Shown here one piece after another: positions 31,477 through 40,606 of a stretch of 64,000 nucleotides of DNA. Position numbers and translations under genes: made by a program. Numbering within the stretch: the first letter of the stretch is position 1; every line of letters begins with the position of its first letter. The notes below the pieces were generated by a model. It made no database searches and was not told the DNA's origin. It was given only the letters and a program-made list of their open reading frames with translations. The stretch is from Candidatus Omnitrophota bacterium (lineage in GTDB: Bacteria; Omnitrophota; Gorgyraeia; Gygaellales; Profunditerraquicolaceae): NCBI GenBank assembly GCA_049517335.1, contig JBEKSD010000003.1, forward strand, positions 45,553 to 109,552, in the 5' to 3' direction.

Positions 31477-32022
31477 TTACCACTGGTCAACAGCCCGCTC
31501 AACAACCCTGCGCGCAAGGTCGACCAAGGCGTTGTTAACTGCCGCACTTTCCGAGATTGCGGTTGTACCGCTAGTATAATAAGTTGTGTCTCCCGTAAAG
31601 TTGTTTTCTTGGTAAAGGAGCTTATTTTCTTTAGTGTCCCAGAGGCTCATATTAATAACGGGACTAAGCCGGTACTCCAAAACATTCTTGCTATTATCGT
31701 ATCTTAAGGGATCCCTGTGAAAATCAACCAGTTCGCCTTTGAGGATTAAATCCGCATTAGGTTCTTGAACCGGCTTAAGGTTTCCGTCGGTAAGGAACTT
31801 ATTGATAACCGCGTTCGTTATATCCGTCTCAAGATGGGGTATGTAGATACGGTACTGGCTTCCAGTATAGGCTTCATTGGTAATATCGGTCTTATTCACG
31901 AAAGGCGTGATGTATATGGTGTGGTATTTATTGGTAATCATTGATCGGGTAGTATAGCCGCAGCCGCATAAAGCAGTAACGAGTAACAAGTAACTAGTAA
32001 TTAATAAAAATCTTTTTCTCAT
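31477..32022 (-). CDS. lptE: LPS assembly lipoprotein LptE
   Basis: Start reassigned to ATG 32022; lipobox LCGC followed by GY; TIYITPFVN; upstream of holA. Confidence 0.8.
   Translation of the reverse strand: MRKRFLLITSYLLLVTALCGCGYTTRSMITNKYHTIYITPFVNKTDITNEAYTGSQYRIYIPHLETDITNAVINKFLTDGNLKPVQEPNADLILKGELVDFHRDPLRYDNSKNVLEYRLSPVINMSLWDTKENKLLYQENNFTGDTTYYTSGTTAISESAAVNNALVDLARRVVERAVDQW
31974..32001. repeat. Heptamer tandem repeat (NAGTAAC x4) in the lptE signal-peptide coding region
   Basis: cagtaac gagtaac aagtaac tagtaat. Confidence 0.6.
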
Positions 32023-32963
32023 TTTTTCATTTTCTCCAGTACCTGAAGCCTCTCGGCAGCCTTTGCCGGCCAAGAAGTTTCGGAATAATTATTTATTATA
32101 TCATTATAATAAATAATGGCTGCGTTATAAGCCTTCTCTTTTTCGTAGAAACGGGCGATATCGTAGCAGCTGGCCGCCTCTTTTTCTTTTAAAGCCGCAA
32201 TATTCTTCTCCGCTTCCTGAGACAAAACTGCGTCGGGATGATCCCGGGCAAACTCCTCAAATTTCTGTTTTGCTTCCTGCATCGCGCCCTGATCATACTC
32301 CGGTCCTTGGGATTCTGCTGCGCGGCAGGTGGCTATCTGGAACCTTGCGGCAGTAGCCCATTCGCTGGAGGGGTAATTTGAGATAACCTTGCCAAACGCT
32401 TCCTCTGCATCATAATAACTCAGCTGCTTTTTTAAAACAAGCCCGAGCATATACTCTGCCTTTGGCGCAAGCGGACCGTAAGTAGAGTTTTCAACTACTT
32501 TAGTAAAGATTTCAATAGCCGGGTTCTCAACCGGTAGAGTAACCCCCAGCGCTTTCCTTTTCGCGCCGTTCATGAAATCTTCTGCGATCTTATACTCACG
32601 CCTGATTATTTCCTGGATCCTTTCAGAGAAAGGATACTTATCGATTACTTTCTGGTAGGCCTGATACGCCTCGTATATATTACCTTTTTCTTCCTCAATT
32701 AAACCGATATAATACTGCGATTCGGAAGCCTCAAAGGACTTAGGATAGGCCTTAAGGAGTTTCTTGAACTCGCGTATCGCGTCCTCATATTTCTTTATAT
32801 CATAGAAACTTTTGGCATACTCAAACTGCTCTTTAGGAGTAGATTTGGGTAAGCTTTTAGGATTTACGAATTTCCCGCTCTTAGGAGTCCAGATCCAATA
32901 AGGATAGGCCGGGGTTAAACCCAAAGTAAGAAGTAAAAATATTATTAAGATGCTGCGCTTCAT
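32019..32963 (-). CDS. bamD: Outer membrane protein assembly factor BamD (TPR)
   Basis: TPR repeats with YPxS motifs, YDQG...A...F, IARFY...AAIIYY. Confidence 0.85.
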   Translation of the reverse strand: MKRSILIIFLLLTLGLTPAYPYWIWTPKSGKFVNPKSLPKSTPKEQFEYAKSFYDIKKYEDAIREFKKLLKAYPKSFEASESQYYIGLIEEEKGNIYEAYQAYQKVIDKYPFSERIQEIIRREYKIAEDFMNGAKRKALGVTLPVENPAIEIFTKVVENSTYGPLAPKAEYMLGLVLKKQLSYYDAEEAFGKVISNYPSSEWATAARFQIATCRAAESQGPEYDQGAMQEAKQKFEEFARDHPDAVLSQEAEKNIAALKEKEAASCYDIARFYEKEKAYNAAIIYYNDIINNYSETSWPAKAAERLQVLEKMKK

Positions 32964-32972
32964 AATGTTTTA

Positions 32973-33001
32973 ACTTTAACATACGGCGGGGATTTTGTCA
33001 A
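32973..33001 (-). promoter_or_regulatory. Sigma70-type promoter of bamD-lptE-holA
   Basis: TTGACA-17-TAAAGT. Confidence 0.5.
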
Positions 33002-33006
33002 CCCGT

Positions 33007-33208
33007 CTAGAACCAATTCAAACTGCCTCCCAAGTCCAAATAAAGATTATAATTCAAGCACTCTAACGAATCCCTATTATAGCAAAGATTGGCAAAAAGA
33101 ATACAAGAATTACATTTACTTAAAATGTCTTTACGGGAAATCGCTAAAGCGTTTAAGATAAGTAAAGGAACTGTCTTTAAGGCATTTAAATATCTGAATC
33201 ATTCCTAG
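33007..33208 (+). pseudogene. Degraded HTH (recombinase/resolvase C-terminal-like) fragment
   Basis: LEPIQTASQVQIKIIIQAL* then a frame change to LAKRIQELHLLKMSLREIAKAFKISKGTVFKAFKYL* (HTH); no intact start. Confidence 0.5.
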
Positions 33209-33415
33209 TAGAAAACTGTCGTTTTTTGTCCGATTTTTTAAGGCCTTAAATTACGTAACTCTTTTGTATGCAATAAGTTAAGAATAAATAACGCATCGAG
33301 CTATGACATTAGTTCCTAGATGTATTAGTTTGCAGGTTAGCGTCGGCATTATATAAACCTAGCTTTTTATTCTCTACAATAAGAAGTTTAGCTACTCTTT
33401 ACGGTATTTCCAGCT

Positions 33416-33784
33416 TTATTCTCCTTTGCTTCTTTCATTCTCTATCGGATAAATTCTAAAAGCACCATATCCTTGGCTATGTATATAATACTCATCACCA
33501 TCTAGCTTTGATTTAACCCTTAGTGGCTTATCTCTCATTATGAAGTCTGTCTTACATATACAAAAATGCTTAAAAGCTTCTTCTGACGAAATTATTACAC
33601 CATTACTTTTCGTCTCCCTACTTCTTTTTATTATCCCTTTAGACTGAGGAGATATTTTTGTTTCTTCTATTCTTCCTGGCTTAACTTCAATCTCGCTATC
33701 TTTCTTCGTTAAATCGCTTCGACAATACCTACATTTTATCGCTTCATCTTGGATTTCCTCGGCACAAAAAGGACATTTCTTCAT
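33416..33784 (-). CDS. Zinc-ribbon domain protein
   Basis: [21 protein letters not shown]; start moved to ATG 33784 after a GGAGGT RBS. Confidence 0.75.
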   Translation of the reverse strand: MKKCPFCAEEIQDEAIKCRYCRSDLTKKDSEIEVKPGRIEETKISPQSKGIIKRSRETKSNGVIISSEEAFKHFCICKTDFIMRDKPLRVKSKLDGDEYYIHSQGYGAFRIYPIENERSKGE

Positions 33785-34000
33785 GATATACCTCCCTGTT
33801 TCTTTTATCCACCTGCTCAAAGGCTTTGGGGTTATTAATTAGCTCTGAGGGAAAGCAAGTATGAAAGTCTTACGAAGAGACTTATTTTCTGGAATTATCT
33901 ATATTCCATTTTGGCATATTTCATCTTGGAATATATCATATTTATATAAGACAATCAAGATAAATAGGAAGGTAAATATGGATAAAACGGCTGGTTTATT

Positions 34001-35014
34001 CTATGCGTGTGTTTCAGTAAATTTAATGATATGTTCCATCATATCAACGCATTCTATAGGATACAAACCGACTGCGGTTTCTGCGGAAAGCATCACGTAA
34101 TCCGAACCGTCCAATATGGCGTTAGCCACATCTGAAACCTCCGCCCTTTCAGGGATACGATTCTCAGTCATACTCTCCAGCATCTGAGTAGCGGTAATGA
34201 CAAATTTTCCTGCTCGGTTACATTTTCTAATTATCTCTTTTTGAACTATCGGCACCTCATATATAGGGATAGAAACTCCCATATCCCCTCTTGCGACCAT
34301 AATCCCATCGCAGACTTTGATTATTTCATCAATATTTTTAATGCCTTCCCGGTTCTCGATCTTTGCAATGATCTGACATTTATGCGGATAATTCTTAAGA
34401 TATTCTCTAATAATAACGATGTCATCCTTACTTCTTACAAAAGACTGGGCTATATAATCAATTTTATTCTCTATACAAAAACGTATATTCTCCTTGTCTT
34501 TTGCTGTCAAATCTTTAAAGCCAATTTTAACGCCGGGCATATTAATACCCTTACGCTCCTTAATTAGCCCGGGCATAACCACCCTAGTCTTTAATCTATT
34601 TCTTTGGCGCTCTAAAACTAAAAGAGCAATATTGCCATCATCAATATAAATATGCTGGCCTTTTTTGATCTCATTTAAAGAGTCTTTGTAATCAAACGGT
34701 ATGAGGCTACCTTTTCCTAAAGTATTCTCTTGCGTTAACCAAATGACCTCCCCTTTTTTTACTTTGATAGCCTGACCTACCTTTAGTCTACCAACCCTTA
34801 TGCGGTAACCTTCTAAATCTCCCAATATTTTTGTATTTAGGCGATATTTTTTATTTAGTTTTCTGATGAGCCGTACCAGATGCAAATGAACCTTTAGGCT
34901 AGAGTGAGAGAAATTTAGCCTTGCCACATCCATACCAGCACGCATCATCTTTAAGAGGATACTTTCTTTTTTTGAAGCAGGGCCTAAAGTGCAAATTATT
35001 TTAGTCTTTGTCAT
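34001..35014 (-). CDS. pyk: Pyruvate kinase lacking the C-terminal domain
   Basis: [45 protein letters not shown]; only 337 aa. Confidence 0.9.
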   Translation of the reverse strand: MTKTKIICTLGPASKKESILLKMMRAGMDVARLNFSHSSLKVHLHLVRLIRKLNKKYRLNTKILGDLEGYRIRVGRLKVGQAIKVKKGEVIWLTQENTLGKGSLIPFDYKDSLNEIKKGQHIYIDDGNIALLVLERQRNRLKTRVVMPGLIKERKGINMPGVKIGFKDLTAKDKENIRFCIENKIDYIAQSFVRSKDDIVIIREYLKNYPHKCQIIAKIENREGIKNIDEIIKVCDGIMVARGDMGVSIPIYEVPIVQKEIIRKCNRAGKFVITATQMLESMTENRIPERAEVSDVANAILDGSDYVMLSAETAVGLYPIECVDMMEHIIKFTETHA

Positions 35015-35796
35015 TTACGAATTTTCCCCTTATGATTCTTGAGGTTTTTCTCAATACACCTATAATCTTCGATTTCGCAATGCAATTGTTTATTGATTAT
35101 CTCTAAAGCGCGAGATGTTGTTTCCATTTGGATTCTTTTCTTTTGAATACGGTAAAAAATATAGCCGAAGACAAGAAATACAAGAAAAAATAATCCTATC
35201 AGCACCAGTAAATTTCTTAAATTCCTATGCAGCGGGACGGTAAGCGCGCTGAGCCTTTCTGTTACGACAACAGAATAAAGGCCATTTTGCCCCTGTAGGT
35301 GGGCAAAGGCAAATAGTTTCATTTCTTTCTTCGGCTTATCGTCCTTTGTAGGGAACAATAAAATTGCTGTCCCCGAACTGTTAGAATTCAGCTTTTTCAT
35401 AAAAGCATTTAACTGAGACAATTCCTTTGCGTTCAATACCTCTTTGCCGACTTCAAGAATATTTTTACCTACGTGCCTTTTAACCGGATCGCTCAAGATA
35501 GTATGATTATTATCCATAACAAAGGTGGTAAATCTTTCTTGATCATTTATATGTTGTATAAGCTTGTCTATATACCCGGGCTCTTGTTTAATTCCAAGAA
35601 CCCTGCTTTCAATATCATGACTAGCTGACTTGGCAATAATCAGAAGTTCACGTAACTCCGCGTTAATAACAGAACGCTCAAAATCAAAATGATTAATCCA
35701 TCCTAAAGTTAAAATACTACCCACAAACAAAACAGCTAAGGTAAATAACAGCGCATTCCTGAAGCTGATAACTTGCCTAGCTATTCTTTTTATCAT
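35011..35796 (-). CDS. 2-TM protein with periplasmic Cache-like sensor domain and no output domain
   Basis: TM-([13 protein letters not shown]...VGKNI)-TM followed by a short coiled coil (LHCEIEDYR). Confidence 0.6.
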   Translation of the reverse strand: MIKRIARQVISFRNALLFTLAVLFVGSILTLGWINHFDFERSVINAELRELLIIAKSASHDIESRVLGIKQEPGYIDKLIQHINDQERFTTFVMDNNHTILSDPVKRHVGKNILEVGKEVLNAKELSQLNAFMKKLNSNSSGTAILLFPTKDDKPKKEMKLFAFAHLQGQNGLYSVVVTERLSALTVPLHRNLRNLLVLIGLFFLVFLVFGYIFYRIQKKRIQMETTSRALEIINKQLHCEIEDYRCIEKNLKNHKGKIRK

Positions 35797-36644
35797 TTTG
35801 TTACCCCCTGCCCTATACGAGAGACTCTCGCAACAAAAATTACTACTCCAAATACAATCATCACGAAACAGAGGATTTGCCCCATACTAAACGGACCTAC
35901 AATAAATCCTAATTGCTGATCTGGTTCACGAAAGAACTCTAAAAAGAACCGTATCACTCCATAGCCGATAAGATAGAAAGAGAAAAGCGCTCCAGGAATC
36001 CGCACCTTCTTACGCAGGCTCCAGAGAATAATAAAAAGAAATAGCCCCTCAAATAACGCTTCATAAAGCTGGGATGGATGCCGTAATTGACGCATAGGGT
36101 CTAAAGGAAAATACATACCCCAGGGCACACTAGTAACGCGTCCGTAAAGTTCGCCATTAATAAAATTTCCTAATCTGCCAAAGGTATACCCTAAAGGAAC
36201 AGCGGAAACGAATAAATCCGCAAGTATCCAGAAATTCAACTTAAACTTACGGCAAAAAATTACCGAGGCAGCAATTATTCCTATAAGGGCACCATGATAA
36301 CTCATTCCGTATAGCCCTATATAGTGGAATCCGTTATTAATATCAAAAGGTAAGATGATTTCTAAAGGATGCTTAAGGTAATAGGATAAATTATAAAATA
36401 AAACATACCCTATCCTGCCGCCGGTTAAAAGAGCAATAGTTATCCAAAGAAAATAAGTGTCTATAGACTCTTTTTTAAATTCAATCTTTTCGTTTTTCAG
36501 CCTATACAAAACAAACAAATATACGGTAAGAAAAGCCAAAAGATACATCAGCCCATAATAATGCACCTGTACCGGGCCTATTCTAAGTGCAATAGGGCTA
36601 ATGTGTTCAGGAATATGTTTCCACAAGCTAATGAATTCTTTCAT
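35793..36644 (-). CDS. lgt: Prolipoprotein diacylglyceryl transferase
   Basis: YGLMY, GGRIGY, GMSYHG, GRLGNFINGELYGR, RHPSQLYE. Confidence 0.97.
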   Translation of the reverse strand: MKEFISLWKHIPEHISPIALRIGPVQVHYYGLMYLLAFLTVYLFVLYRLKNEKIEFKKESIDTYFLWITIALLTGGRIGYVLFYNLSYYLKHPLEIILPFDINNGFHYIGLYGMSYHGALIGIIAASVIFCRKFKLNFWILADLFVSAVPLGYTFGRLGNFINGELYGRVTSVPWGMYFPLDPMRQLRHPSQLYEALFEGLFLFIILWSLRKKVRIPGALFSFYLIGYGVIRFFLEFFREPDQQLGFIVGPFSMGQILCFVMIVFGVVIFVARVSRIGQGVTK

Positions 36645-36882
36645 TCAGTATAGAGGTTAAAAAACTCCTTCTTAGTATATATCTTTAAAAGTATACCCAC
36701 AATAAAAAATCACCACAAACACGTTTTCCTCATACAGTTCTTGTGAAATTTGCGAGTTATTTCCGCTAAGGAGGGGCAGTAATATTGCAACTCTCTAGAC
36801 ACAGCTATGGGGAAAACTTAAGAGGTAACTCCCTTAAGAGGAGCCGAACTTATGCATTGACAAGCCCCTTATTAAACAAACA

Positions 36883-37461
36883 TCATTTTCCATGCACCTT
36901 TTTTATCAGCCAAGACATATTTTTACCCAATACGCTCATCGTCAATAACCCCTCTTCGTCTTTTTCAACCTCTCCGATTTCACGGCCTACTCCTATATTC
37001 CAATAGGAAGACCCGACAGTGATCATCTGCCCTATGGTAAAGAAATGGTTTAGGGTATCGAATGCATGGATTGCACCGGAGCGCCTGACCGAAACAACTG
37101 CAGCACCGACCTTACGTTTAAACATTTCGCCGTTCGCTCTGGAAACGAATCCCGCACGCTCAATTAAGGCTTTTATCTGTGCCGTGCAATCGGCAAAATA
37201 GGTAGGTGAGCCTAAGATGATGCCCTCTGCCTGCTCCATTTTTGCGATACACTCGTTTACTATGTCATCGGTTACCGCGCAGCGCTTGTTTTTGGCGGAG
37301 AAACATTTATAACAGGCGATACAACCTTGAATCTTCTCTCCGGCAAGCTGAACGAGTTCAGTCTTAATGTCTTCTTTTTCAAGCTCCTTAAATACATGCT
37401 TTATCAGAATAGCGGTATTACCATCCTTGCGTGCACTTCCGTTAAAGGCAACAACTTTCAT
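36883..37461 (-). CDS. Iron-sulfur flavoprotein (Isf)/flavodoxin family
   Basis: NGSARKDGNT, CIACYKC...C, GSPTYF. Confidence 0.88.
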   Translation of the reverse strand: MKVVAFNGSARKDGNTAILIKHVFKELEKEDIKTELVQLAGEKIQGCIACYKCFSAKNKRCAVTDDIVNECIAKMEQAEGIILGSPTYFADCTAQIKALIERAGFVSRANGEMFKRKVGAAVVSVRRSGAIHAFDTLNHFFTIGQMITVGSSYWNIGVGREIGEVEKDEEGLLTMSVLGKNMSWLIKKVHGK

Positions 37462-37488
37462 GATACGGCCTCCTTTTATAACAACAGC

Positions 37489-38577
37489 TTATAGCTCTAT
37501 TAGCTCATAGTCAAGATTACCCAGCCCTATTTCCTGGGCATACACAAGTTGTTTCATCCCGTCCTTGTCAGGATGAGCTGCCTTAAAAATATCTTGGCCA
37601 CAATTCTTATTCACTATATCAAGACTTGCCTTGTCAATGCTTACAGGATCAAGTGATGCCAGTATTCCGACATCAGGCCCAATCCGCGGGTTCTCCATGT
37701 TCCAACAATCGCATTCTTTACTAATATTAACGGCGAAGTTCAGGAATCCCACTTTGCCTTTCTTGTCTTTAAGCACGGCTAAACTATACTCGGCTATCTT
37801 TTCCTGCGTTTTGTCGCTTCCACCTAAGTCTATGAACATCGCCATAGTAGGACAAACCGCTAAACAACTTGCGCAGCCTATGCATTTCTTGCTATCGATT
37901 ACCGATTTATTGTTTTCGATGCGAATTGCTCCTACCGGACAGATTATTGAACATTCACCGCAGCCAATGCATTTATCCACATTGACAACAGGGGAAACAT
38001 CGCAATGTTGCGCAAGCTTGCCCTCTCTGGTAGCGCAACCCATACCGATGTTTTTCAATGCGCCTCCAAATCCGGTCAAGATATGCCCCTTGAAATGGCT
38101 GACGGCGACAAGCGCATCCGCATCAATAAAGACACTGGCGAGCTTAGCAGTCTTGATGAATTTCTGATTGATTTGGATATCGATTGCGTCTTCTTTCTTA
38201 TTGTCATCCGGGATGAGAACATCCACACCTACCGTCTCTTTTGTGAAACCGTGCTCATGGGCAAGCTGCAAATGGTCCTTAGAGTTTAAGCGCTTGCCGC
38301 GATAAAGCGTGTTTGCGTCTGAGAGGAATGCCTTTGCGCCTTTATGGGCAATCCCGTCGCAGACAACACGCAGATGCTCAGGCCTGACAAAATTAAGATT
38401 ACCCGCTTCTCCGAAATGCACCTTCAGCGCAACCTTATAATCTTTCTGAATGAAATCTAGGACCTTGCTTACAGCAAGCAGTTTTTTAAGCCTATTATTT
38501 ATGCTTTTAACCTTATCAGAATCCTTTACCGCTACGAAATATACTTTACTTTTCATAGGCTGATCTCCCTGCTGCAA
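37489..38577 (-). CDS. DUF362 domain protein with 2x[4Fe-4S] ferredoxin insert
   Basis: KVHFGE, NTLY, SHFKGH...GFGGALKN; two CxxCxxCxxxCP motifs. Confidence 0.88.
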   Translation of the reverse strand: MQQGDQPMKSKVYFVAVKDSDKVKSINNRLKKLLAVSKVLDFIQKDYKVALKVHFGEAGNLNFVRPEHLRVVCDGIAHKGAKAFLSDANTLYRGKRLNSKDHLQLAHEHGFTKETVGVDVLIPDDNKKEDAIDIQINQKFIKTAKLASVFIDADALVAVSHFKGHILTGFGGALKNIGMGCATREGKLAQHCDVSPVVNVDKCIGCGECSIICPVGAIRIENNKSVIDSKKCIGCASCLAVCPTMAMFIDLGGSDKTQEKIAEYSLAVLKDKKGKVGFLNFAVNISKECDCWNMENPRIGPDVGILASLDPVSIDKASLDIVNKNCGQDIFKAAHPDKDGMKQLVYAQEIGLGNLDYELIEL

Positions 38578-38604
38578 ATAACTTTCAAAGTATTCGCAGC
38601 TATT

Positions 38605-39042
38605 TCATATGAGCGCTTTTGCTAATTTCTTACCCAGCTCTTTTGCCTTTTCTAAGTCCACCTTCTTAGGCTTACCTTCCACGAGTAAGGACTCAGTAAC
38701 CTTTTTTAATTTAAATCTCTCTGCCATCGTTTCCAGGCTGCTAAGTGCCTTTCCGCCTCCGCCGTGACTGACAAAAGAAACATAGGGTCTGTTGGTAATC
38801 TTACCTTCAGAGGGATAACAAGTCCGGTCAAAGAAATCCTTTAACGCGCCTGCCATATAACTGAAATAATCCGGGGTTCCAAAACAATAGCCGTCAGAGG
38901 ATAGTAAATCCTCTAAGCTTGCTTCAGATGCCTTTTTTAATATTACATCTATAGCGCAAGATTCAACTCCTTCCTTTACGGCAAGAGCCAATTTTTCTGT
39001 ATTTCCTGTCTGGGTATGATAAACCACTAGAACTTTAGCCAT
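38605..39042 (-). CDS. Flavodoxin/WrbA-like protein
   Basis: YHTQTGNT, GTPDYF...G.LKDFFDR; start likely ATG 39042. Confidence 0.85.
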   Translation of the reverse strand: MAKVLVVYHTQTGNTEKLALAVKEGVESCAIDVILKKASEASLEDLLSSDGYCFGTPDYFSYMAGALKDFFDRTCYPSEGKITNRPYVSFVSHGGGGKALSSLETMAERFKLKKVTESLLVEGKPKKVDLEKAKELGKKLAKALI

Positions 39043-39562
39043 TTTTATTCCTCCATCCCTCATGCATTACGATTTCTTGAAGAGCTAATCTGTCTTTTTG
39101 TCCCAGGCAAGGTTTATCCGGATATCCTAAGGTCAAGAGGTCCACTACTCGGATATCTTGAGGGATGCCCAAAATCTCTTTAACCTGATCTTCATAAAAA
39201 GCCCCGATCCAGCAAGTCCCCAATCCCTCTTCAGTTGCCTTAAGCGCCATATGTTCAATGGCAATAGCCAGATCAATGGGATAAGACAATTGGCCGCAGG
39301 TCATTACCTGGTTATCGGTCTTAGCACAACAGGCGATTACTACCGGTGCTTGAGCCACAAAGGCTTGGTTTTTGGCTGCTTTCATAAGGCGCTGCCGGGT
39401 ACTTTTATCCTGAACCAGAATAAATCTCCATTCCTGCCGGTTACTTGCAGAAGGCGCAAGTCTAGCTGCTTCAAGAATACTCTCGAGTTTTTCTTTCTCA
39501 AGCGCTCGGTCCTGGTAACTGCGCACGCTGCATCTTCTTTTAATCGCTTCCATGACGTTCAT
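39035..39562 (-). CDS. Nitroreductase family protein
   Basis: RCSVRSY, APSASNRQEW, GLGTCWIG, LGYP. Confidence 0.92.
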   Translation of the reverse strand: MNVMEAIKRRCSVRSYQDRALEKEKLESILEAARLAPSASNRQEWRFILVQDKSTRQRLMKAAKNQAFVAQAPVVIACCAKTDNQVMTCGQLSYPIDLAIAIEHMALKATEEGLGTCWIGAFYEDQVKEILGIPQDIRVVDLLTLGYPDKPCLGQKDRLALQEIVMHEGWRNKNG

Positions 39563-39574
39563 AGTTTACTCCTT

Positions 39575-39949
39575 CTAAAAACTGGTTATATTTTTGCATT
39601 GGTCGATCCTACGCATAACCTTGAATCTGTTATTTCTTACACGTTCCATAATTAGTTTATATGGTCTGCCTTTCTTCCATGGGATCTTAAAGTTTTCTCT
39701 AAGCCATCGACCAATCTCTTTATGGCACAATTCTCTGCAAACATGATCCCAAAAAGATTTTTTATCAATATTCACTCGAATTCCATCATATTTTCCCTTT
39801 AATATCAAAACGATATATTTCCATCTTTTATCGAAGTAAGCATCTCTATCCTTAACCCTTATTTTTATACCATATCCTGCGCCTGTAGAATAATGCTTAC
39901 CATTATTCCATACGCTTACTATTATTTTTCTCTTCAGCGCTATACTCAT
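39575..39949 (-). CDS. Basic hypothetical protein
   Basis: Intact 124-aa ORF, K/R/W-rich (WNNG...GAGYG...DRD..F...W). Confidence 0.65.
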   Translation of the reverse strand: MSIALKRKIIVSVWNNGKHYSTGAGYGIKIRVKDRDAYFDKRWKYIVLILKGKYDGIRVNIDKKSFWDHVCRELCHKEIGRWLRENFKIPWKKGRPYKLIMERVRNNRFKVMRRIDQCKNITSF

Positions 39950-39973
39950 TTTTCTATAATTTATTGATAAAAT

Positions 39974-40513
39974 CTAAAATTTAGGCGACGATTCTTGCTG
40001 CTGTTTGCTTTGTTGTGATTCAAGCTCAACATCAATATATGAAACAGAGTAATAATTCACTTCGTGATCAAATTGTTCACCGAATTCCTCGTCAATCCCT
40101 AGGATAGTTTTTCCGTCATTCCACTCTATTGATTTTCGCACAGCATCTTCTTTGCCTGTTCCATATTCTTGTTTTGCATTAGAAATGAACTCATCCCAAG
40201 AAGGATGATATTGATAAGAGTACTGTATGGATATGCCGTATAATCTCCCATTGAAAAAAGAACAAAACACCTGATAAACATTAGGGACTTCTTTCATAGT
40301 CCCCCCATTGTCGATATTGTACATCCGTGAATAAGCCAGATATGGCCTTCCCGGTATTTGCTGATAAGTTACTTTAGATTTAAATTCTTCCTCGCTCATC
40401 CCCAGAGTTAGATCTTCGAAGTTTCTACTTATCGGTTTTTTAACAGTGGCACCATTACCACACCCAATAAGAAATAACATTGGTATGATAAAAATAGTTA
40501 TGACCTTCTTCAC
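39974..40513 (-). CDS. Hypothetical lipoprotein
   Basis: GTG start at 40513 after AAGGAGG; lipobox LIGC; LTLGMSEEE motif. Confidence 0.65.
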   Translation of the reverse strand: MKKVITIFIIPMLFLIGCGNGATVKKPISRNFEDLTLGMSEEEFKSKVTYQQIPGRPYLAYSRMYNIDNGGTMKEVPNVYQVFCSFFNGRLYGISIQYSYQYHPSWDEFISNAKQEYGTGKEDAVRKSIEWNDGKTILGIDEEFGEQFDHEVNYYSVSYIDVELESQQSKQQQESSPKF

Positions 40514-40606
40514 GGTTCCTCCTTGTTCAGAGTATTTAACGAATTCTATTAAGGCAGATATCAATGTGTTCCCGGGAACTTTAGGAAAAGGTTATTTAAG
40601 GTTTAA

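Noticed and set aside
33861-34100. 79-aa plus-strand ORF
   Set aside because: Overlaps the pyk 3' end antisense, has no motif and no convincing RBS.
36645-36882. Riboswitch/ncRNA or 73-aa ORF upstream of lgt
   Set aside because: Only weak imperfect hairpins, no recognisable aptamer motif, and the ORF overlaps the isf gene antisense.
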